Shown piece after piece: positions 58,307-64,000 of a stretch of 64,000 nt of DNA; the stretch's first letter is position 1, and the number at the start of each line of letters is the position of its first letter. The notes under the pieces were generated by a model. The model worked only from the letters and a program-made list of their open reading frames with translations. It was not told where the DNA came from and searched no databases. Position numbers and translations under genes: made by a program. The DNA is from Smithellaceae bacterium (GTDB taxonomy: Bacteria; Desulfobacterota; Syntrophia; Syntrophales; Smithellaceae): contig CAXXVL010000002.1 in NCBI GenBank assembly GCA_963667845.2, forward strand, positions 1,440,001 through 1,504,000, read 5' to 3'.

Positions 58307-59428
58307 TTGATTTTTCGGCAATTAAAAGAACTGATTCGCAAGGAAATCCTGATTCTGATCCGCGACCGGCAGACGGTCATGCTGCTTTTCCTGATGCCGG
58401 TTGCGCTGATTTTCTTCCTGTCGCTCGCGCTGGAAGGCGTGTGGACAGATAAACTGACCGGCCGGAAGATTCAGATTGTCGTGAAGAACGAGAGCCATTC
58501 GGCCAAAGCCAATCTGCTTGAGGAAAAGATAAAGTCCAATAAACAGATTCAAGCCATTGATGGCCCGCCGGGCATGGACAAGGACAAGATTTTCCAAGAC
58601 GGCAAGACGCAGGCCGTCGTGACCATACCGCCCGGTTTTGAAGACGGAGAACGCCCCGTCGAGATTTATTTTGATCCCGCGATCGATGCCGGCTACAAAA
58701 TAGCGGCCCGTTCGCTGATGACCAGTTTGATTGTCGAGGTGGTTATGGGGATCGATAACCTGGATACCGTGATTGCGGGGCTGCTTGTCGAGAAGACGAA
58801 GCCGAACAGGGACTTGCCGACGCCTCTGCAACAGACAGTTCCGGCCTACGCGATATTTGCCATGTTCTTCATCGCCATTCCCATGTCGATCGGGTTTATC
58901 AAGGAAAAGGCGGACGGTACACTGCAAAGGCTTTTCAATTACCCGGTCAACGCCAATATCATTGCTGCCGGCAAAGTTGTTCCGTATTATTTAATTAATC
59001 TGATGCAATTCGGGCTCATGCTGCTGGTCGGCGTATTTTTAATGCCGCGCATTCTGGGAATGTCTTTGCAGCTTGGTGAAACCCCCTGGCATCTGATTCC
59101 CGTGACCCTGATCGTGGCTTTGTCTTCCACGGCGTTCGGGGTTCTGGTGGCGTCGCTGGCGCGCTCGCCGGAGCAGTCTTCAACGCTTGCAGCGACAGCT
59201 GCCATCCTGATGGCCGTTTTCGGCGGCATCATGGTGCCCCATGTCGTCATGCCGCTTTTCATGAAAAAATTGGCGATGATTTCGCCGATGTACTGGGCGC
59301 ATCAGGCCTATCTCGATGTGTTCCTGCGCGATGCACCGCTTGCCGTTATCGCCCCCAGATTAATTGTGTTGACAGTTTTTGCAGGAATCTGCTTTTATAT
59401 CGCCGGAAGGAGAGTTCAATGGATTTAG
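58307..59428 (+). CDS. ABC-2 type exporter permease
   Basis: KE...LIRD, QQTVPAYAIFAMFF, EKADGTL.RL, GGIMVP, SPMYW; start uncertain. Confidence 0.9.
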   Translation: MIFRQLKELIRKEILILIRDRQTVMLLFLMPVALIFFLSLALEGVWTDKLTGRKIQIVVKNESHSAKANLLEEKIKSNKQIQAIDGPPGMDKDKIFQDGKTQAVVTIPPGFEDGERPVEIYFDPAIDAGYKIAARSLMTSLIVEVVMGIDNLDTVIAGLLVEKTKPNRDLPTPLQQTVPAYAIFAMFFIAIPMSIGFIKEKADGTLQRLFNYPVNANIIAAGKVVPYYLINLMQFGLMLLVGVFLMPRILGMSLQLGETPWHLIPVTLIVALSSTAFGVLVASLARSPEQSSTLAATAAILMAVFGGIMVPHVVMPLFMKKLAMISPMYWAHQAYLDVFLRDAPLAVIAPRLIVLTVFAGICFYIAGRRVQWI

Positions 59429-59730
59429 AGAAGGCTTACCAGGAATTAAACGTGTCCTCACGGGAGGACCTCATCTTCAAACTCAAGGAACTGGTCATCC
59501 GCGCCTGCGACGTCAAAGACGTTCGTGCCGAGGATGTGCCGACCGATGTGCCGTTTATCGGAGGGCCGGGTCCGCTCAAACTGGACTCGCTCGATGCCAT
59601 GGAAATTGCAATGGAGCTCAGGTTCACGTTCGGCGTCGAGTTGAAAAACGCGTCCACGGCGGCCCAGGCGATGCAGTCTTTCGATTCGCTGGCCGATTTT
59701 GTCATCAACGCACCAAAGGTTAAAAAGTGA
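59419..59730 (+). CDS. Acyl carrier protein 2
   Basis: LKLDSLDAMEI phosphopantetheine site. Confidence 0.9.
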   Translation: MDLEKAYQELNVSSREDLIFKLKELVIRACDVKDVRAEDVPTDVPFIGGPGPLKLDSLDAMEIAMELRFTFGVELKNASTAAQAMQSFDSLADFVINAPKVKK

Positions 59731-60896
59731 CCGATCACGCCGTTCATATCCGCGGATGGGGCGCTGTTTCCACGCTGGGGTGGAGCGCTGCCGAGTCTGC
59801 ACGTAATCTCATCGCGGGTCATGTCCACGAGGCGGCCGTTTGTTCATCTTCGCATCTGACCACTCGCGACTTTAAGGCGTTTGAAATCGTTTATGACGGC
59901 AATCCGCTGGAAAAATCACTGGCCATGCTCGATGCTGCGATTTCCGAAGCCTTCAAACGGGCGCGGCTGACAAAAGAGGAAATCGCCGAAAGCTGCCTTC
60001 TGGTGGGCACAACCGGCGGACTGTTCATCCGCAATGAATTTGAGTTTACCGAGTCCGTGCGCCTGAATCCGGATAAGGAATCACCGCCTATTTCCTGCCG
60101 CAACCGGGGACCGGGTGAAGTGACGCAGCTCATCGCCGAAAAGTTCGGCATCGGCGGCCTGACGTTTACGTTGAGTATGGCCTGTGTGTCGAGTTCACAT
60201 GCACTGGTTGTTGCGGCGGGGCTGTTAAAGCAAAAGAAAATCCGCCGGGCAATTGTGGTCGGCTTTGAGCCACTTCTGAATATGACATTGCATGGATTTG
60301 CAAGCCTCCTGCTCTATGATTCCGAGCGCTGCCGGCCGTTTTGCAATACCCGATCCGGAATGCAGATCGGGGAAGGCGCCGCCTGTGTCATCCTGGAGGA
60401 CGGCCACGTTGAAACCGCGGGGGAAAATCGTTACACGCTTGCGGGCGGCTATCTTTTCAACGATAACACGTCCCTGACCTCTGCCGGGACGGATGGAGAA
60501 ATGGTGAAGACCGTTGTGCAGGAAGCCTTGCGGAGGGCGGAAATTGCCCCGGAGGCGATTGTGGCAGTCAAGGCGCATGGTACAGGGACCCGGGATAATG
60601 ATCTTTCCGAAGGGCGTGGCCTCGCGAAGGTTTTTGGTGATCACCTGCCGCCCGTGATTTCGTTAAAAGGAGCTGTCGGCCACGAACTCGGCGCAGCCGG
60701 CGCTGTGGAGACCGCGCTGTGGCTTTCCTGCCTGGAAGCAGGGAGTCTTCCGCAGAGTTTCGGCTTTACCGAAATAGATCCGGAGATCGGATTTGCGCCG
60801 TCGCAAATCAACCGTCCCGCGCCTGCCGGCGCTTATCTCTTTACCTTCTTTGGTTTCGGGGCGACGTGTACGAGTTATGTCATCAGGAAAATATAA
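59727..60896 (+). CDS. Beta-ketoacyl synthase, Cys-His-His intact (APE/flexirubin KS-like)
   Basis: MACVSS, KAHGTGT, KGAVGH, FGFG. Confidence 0.9.
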   Translation: MTDHAVHIRGWGAVSTLGWSAAESARNLIAGHVHEAAVCSSSHLTTRDFKAFEIVYDGNPLEKSLAMLDAAISEAFKRARLTKEEIAESCLLVGTTGGLFIRNEFEFTESVRLNPDKESPPISCRNRGPGEVTQLIAEKFGIGGLTFTLSMACVSSSHALVVAAGLLKQKKIRRAIVVGFEPLLNMTLHGFASLLLYDSERCRPFCNTRSGMQIGEGAACVILEDGHVETAGENRYTLAGGYLFNDNTSLTSAGTDGEMVKTVVQEALRRAEIAPEAIVAVKAHGTGTRDNDLSEGRGLAKVFGDHLPPVISLKGAVGHELGAAGAVETALWLSCLEAGSLPQSFGFTEIDPEIGFAPSQINRPAPAGAYLFTFFGFGATCTSYVIRKI

Positions 60897-60919
60897 AGCT
60901 CGGGGAAATTTATTGCTGT

Positions 60920-61891
60920 ATGACTGCTGAAGAAAAACATACGTCCATATCGGTGATCGCCGCCAGTTACCTGGGGCCGTCGCTTTCGCCCAATGAGGAT
61001 CTGCCGTGGGACGAGGCGGCGCTGCCGCATCTCTGCGATGATCTGGTGCAGAAGGTTCTGGGGCAGCCGATGCGTCGCGCCGGGCGGTTTATCAAAATGG
61101 TCTGCGCCGGCGCGGTGGCCTGTTTAAGGGAGGTGCCGCCGGCGGCACTGAAGAATAAGCGGACCGGTATTTTCCTGGCGACGGGTCTGGGCAACGGGGA
61201 TGAGATTCTGCCCTTCGTTACGCAGGTATTCAAACACGACGGCGGATTTCCCAGCCCGAATCAGTTTGCCAACTCCGTAAGCAACGCCGCTGCTTTCTTT
61301 CTGGCGCGCACGTCCGATATCAGGGGGATCATTTTGACGGTATCGGACGAGGAGCTTTCTTTCGAGGCGGCGCTGTGGCTGGCGCAAAGCTATCTCGCCT
61401 GCGGAGAAATCGATCTGGCACTGGTCGGAGGTTGCGATGTTTATACGCCGACCGTTGAGGAATATCGTGAGCGGATGAACACATCGCCCGCGAACTCCCG
61501 CGATCTTCCGATCGGTGAAGGCAGTTCATGGCTATTGCTTGGATTGGATCAACCGGAAAGAATCGGCGAGATTCTGACCGTGCAAATGCAATCCGCGGCG
61601 ATATCACCTTCCGAATATTTGAGAAGCGAAAGTTATTCCATCTTGTCAGCCGCTACTGCGGACAGTCCTTGCCGCGTCTGGCTTCCGGGGTTTCGCCTCA
61701 GGAATCCGGACGCCCCGCAGGGTTTTGGTTTGCATGATTATCTGCAGTCTTGCGGTATTCATCCGACCGCCTCCGCCTTCGGTATGGCTCGTGCGATGCG
61801 GACAAATCCGGCCTCTCTTTTGATCCATTATAATCAACTGGCTTCCGGCAAGACCGCCATCATCGTAGCGAAAACTTTACAGCATAATTGA
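60920..61891 (+). CDS. Truncated KS / chain length factor
   Basis: MRR..RF.KM, TGLG, SPNQFANSVSNAAA, SFEAAL, GEG; no catalytic Cys or His. Confidence 0.82.
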   Translation: MTAEEKHTSISVIAASYLGPSLSPNEDLPWDEAALPHLCDDLVQKVLGQPMRRAGRFIKMVCAGAVACLREVPPAALKNKRTGIFLATGLGNGDEILPFVTQVFKHDGGFPSPNQFANSVSNAAAFFLARTSDIRGIILTVSDEELSFEAALWLAQSYLACGEIDLALVGGCDVYTPTVEEYRERMNTSPANSRDLPIGEGSSWLLLGLDQPERIGEILTVQMQSAAISPSEYLRSESYSILSAATADSPCRVWLPGFRLRNPDAPQGFGLHDYLQSCGIHPTASAFGMARAMRTNPASLLIHYNQLASGKTAIIVAKTLQHN

Positions 61892-63384
61892 ATGAAGTGA
61901 CTGAAACGGCCACAACCATGTCCCGACAAAAAAGATGCATTGCCCTGGTTCATCCGCGCGGCTTCAACTGGTTTCCGGGCAAACGCGACATCACTGACAT
62001 TGCCAACCGCATGGTACCGCAGGGGATGCTCTCCATTGCGGCCCAGCTGCAGAGCGATGGTCATGATGTGCAGGTCTTTGACTGTCTGGGACCCGGTGCC
62101 CCGGCGGACATTCACGAACAGGTCCGGCAGATTCTGGCGCTGGACCCGCGGATCGTCGGATTTTCGGCCACCACATCGTCCTTTCCCGATGCGGCCGATA
62201 TGGCGCAAATGATCAAGGAAAGTCGGCCCGGTGTCATTACGGTCTGCGGAGGCGTTCATGCCTCGGCCTTGAAGGAAAAGCTGCTCGATCGTTATCCGGC
62301 ATTCGATTATCTGGCGGTGGGTGAGGGTGAACTGACCCTGAGCGAACTGGCCCGCGGAGACAACCCGGTTGACATTTCGGGGCTGATTCGGCGGGAGATC
62401 GGTGGGACGGCCGTGGCGAATGTTCCCCGGGCCCATATCGCTAATCTCGACGATTTGCCTTTTCCGGCGTACGAAAAGCTGCGCGGATTCCCCCGTGACT
62501 ATCATCTGCCGCTTTTCAGTTACAGACAGACGCCGGGAGCGACGATGATTACGTCGCGCGGCTGTATGTATCAGTGTTCCTACTGTGACCGATCCGTCTT
62601 TCAAAAAGGTTTCCGCTACAACTCGGCAGCTTACATTTACGAACACATGCAATATTTGCATGACCGGTTTGGCGTGCGCCACGTCAATATTTACGATGAT
62701 CTTTTTACCGCCAACCGCAAACGCATTGTGGAACTCTGCGAGAAACTGGCGCGCCGGCCGCTCGGCATGAACTTCAACTGCGCAGTGCGCGTGGGGTATT
62801 CGGACGATGATTTACTGGGCATGCTGAAGCGCGCCGGCTGCTTGATGGTGTCGCTGGGCATCGAGTCGGCGGATCCCGAAATGCTCGCGCGCCACAAGTC
62901 CGGCGTCTCACTCGACGAGGTGCGCGATACCGTTTCGCGCATTCAGGCCGCGGGCCTGCGCGCCAAAGGACTTTTCATGATGGGGCTGCCGGGCGAGACG
63001 GAAGAATCCATCAAACGCACGTCCGACTTTATTATATCGCTGGGCCTCGATGATATGAACATGGCCAAGTTTACGCCGTTTCCGGGCGCGCCGTTGTGGT
63101 CCACCATCCGCGACGAGGGGACTTTCGAGGAAGACTGGCGTCTGATGAACTGTCTCAATTTCGTTTTTATTCCTGAAGGAATTTCATCGCGCGAAAGGCT
63201 GGATATGCTTTACAATGAACACGTCAAACGCTTTTATTCCGATCCCGGCTGGCGCAAACGCTTTCGCAGGCGCCTCTGGCAGCACCGCAAAAGCCTGGCT
63301 TATCTGATCCGCCATCTGCCTTCGTTCTGGTCAGCCAAAAATCAGTTTGAACCCCGGAAGCCCTCCAGGTCTTGCGGCGATTAA
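61888..63384 (+). CDS. Cobalamin-binding radical SAM enzyme 2 (class B methyltransferase-like)
   Basis: P.G.LSIAA, GGVHAS, GEGE, TSRGCMYQCSYC, DDLF, GIES, GLPGET, PFPGAPL. Confidence 0.92.
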   Translation: MNEVTETATTMSRQKRCIALVHPRGFNWFPGKRDITDIANRMVPQGMLSIAAQLQSDGHDVQVFDCLGPGAPADIHEQVRQILALDPRIVGFSATTSSFPDAADMAQMIKESRPGVITVCGGVHASALKEKLLDRYPAFDYLAVGEGELTLSELARGDNPVDISGLIRREIGGTAVANVPRAHIANLDDLPFPAYEKLRGFPRDYHLPLFSYRQTPGATMITSRGCMYQCSYCDRSVFQKGFRYNSAAYIYEHMQYLHDRFGVRHVNIYDDLFTANRKRIVELCEKLARRPLGMNFNCAVRVGYSDDDLLGMLKRAGCLMVSLGIESADPEMLARHKSGVSLDEVRDTVSRIQAAGLRAKGLFMMGLPGETEESIKRTSDFIISLGLDDMNMAKFTPFPGAPLWSTIRDEGTFEEDWRLMNCLNFVFIPEGISSRERLDMLYNEHVKRFYSDPGWRKRFRRRLWQHRKSLAYLIRHLPSFWSAKNQFEPRKPSRSCGD

Positions 63385-63472
63385 CGAACGTATTGCCGGA
63401 GTTTACCGGTGCGACCGGTACCGCGAGCCTTATGTTCAAGTCCAGGTCCTTCCGGCGCCCTCAAATCTTCTT

Positions 63473-63730
63473 TCAGAAATTCAGAGTCATCAAAAGCGGG
63501 GAGGGATCGTCTCTATCGAGAATGATCTCATCATCCATACGGGCATAAAGATCTTTGCCGGTTCTCTCTTTGATCATCTTAATGGATTTATCCATGTGTT
63601 GCACAAATTCCTCCACCGGCATCATTTCTCCATAGGTTCTGGTAAAGGAGTAAATGCAGGGTGCCGGGCTGAGATAGGAAGACGGGCTGCAGGCAGGTTC
63701 AGAGGCAGACGCTTGCGTCGCGGCCGGCAA
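63473..63730 (-). CDS. Hypothetical protein (true start unclear, possible frameshift)
   Basis: Protein-like C-terminal half; frame open upstream to ~63870 without a start codon. Confidence 0.35.
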   Translation of the reverse strand: MPAATQASASEPACSPSSYLSPAPCIYSFTRTYGEMMPVEEFVQHMDKSIKMIKERTGKDLYARMDDEIILDRDDPSPLLMTLNF

Positions 63731-63891
63731 TTCCAGATGCGGATTCTTCTTTGCCGTCGTCTGCGACCGTTCGGGGGCCTTTGACTGTCCGGCAGCGTGA
63801 TTCGTAAAAATATCATCAGGCTCAGAAACTGTTGATTTGAAGCGGGAAGATTCAAAGCGCCGGTGAAATTTTTATTTTACGATTCACGGAT

Positions 63892-63999
63892 CTATTGCTT
63901 CGGAAAATCCGGCATAATGTTCAGGTAACGGTCACTGGTAAGGACCGGGGTCAGTTTATGTTTCACGGGCAATACCCTCGCGCCTTTACTTTGACGGCT
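63892..63999 (-). CDS. Possible C-terminal end of a gene entering from beyond the window
   Basis: Open frame SRQSKGARVLPVKHKLTPVLTSDRYLNIMPDFPKQ* up to the window edge. Confidence 0.35.
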   Translation of the reverse strand, partial: SRQSKGARVLPVKHKLTPVLTSDRYLNIMPDFPKQ

Positions 64000-64000
64000 G

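Noticed and set aside
23432..63384. Calling the cluster a ladderane or a canonical flexirubin pathway
   Set aside because: It shares gene families with both, but no DarAB is seen and nothing indicates an anammox host; the product cannot be assigned from sequence alone.

Overview
A GC-rich window from an anaerobic bacterium; the gene content suggests a Syntrophales/Smithella-like deltaproteobacterium (inference). 1-4 kb: a multiheme cytochrome c/cytochrome b fusion (partial), an 82-bp tandem repeat array and system II cytochrome c maturation genes. 4-19 kb: housekeeping and acyl-CoA metabolism (Prx, GloB-like, FdhD, mce, meaB, a MerR regulator, two acyl-CoA ligases, a V4R-PAS kinase with its response regulator, an amidase). 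19.8-23.3 kb: a co-oriented run containing a clear AT-rich integron gene cassette (GNAT plus attC) with no integrase in the window. 23.4-63.4 kb: a ~40-kb type II PKS/FAS cluster resembling aryl-polyene/flexirubin loci. It has three active KS, two CLF-like KS, two ACPs, an MIO ammonia-lyase, three adenylating enzymes, a phytoene-desaturase-like oxidoreductase, two cobalamin-dependent radical SAM enzymes, a DAK2-DegV fusion, an MMPL-methyltransferase fusion, acyl- and glycosyltransferases, LolA-like, BtrH-like and ABC export genes, and several apparent insertions. Non-coding signals include five copies of a ~100-bp hairpin element resembling IS200/IS605 ends, heptamer repeats starting at stop codons, and REP-like palindromes. 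All protein calls come from motif recognition by eye; no searches were run.
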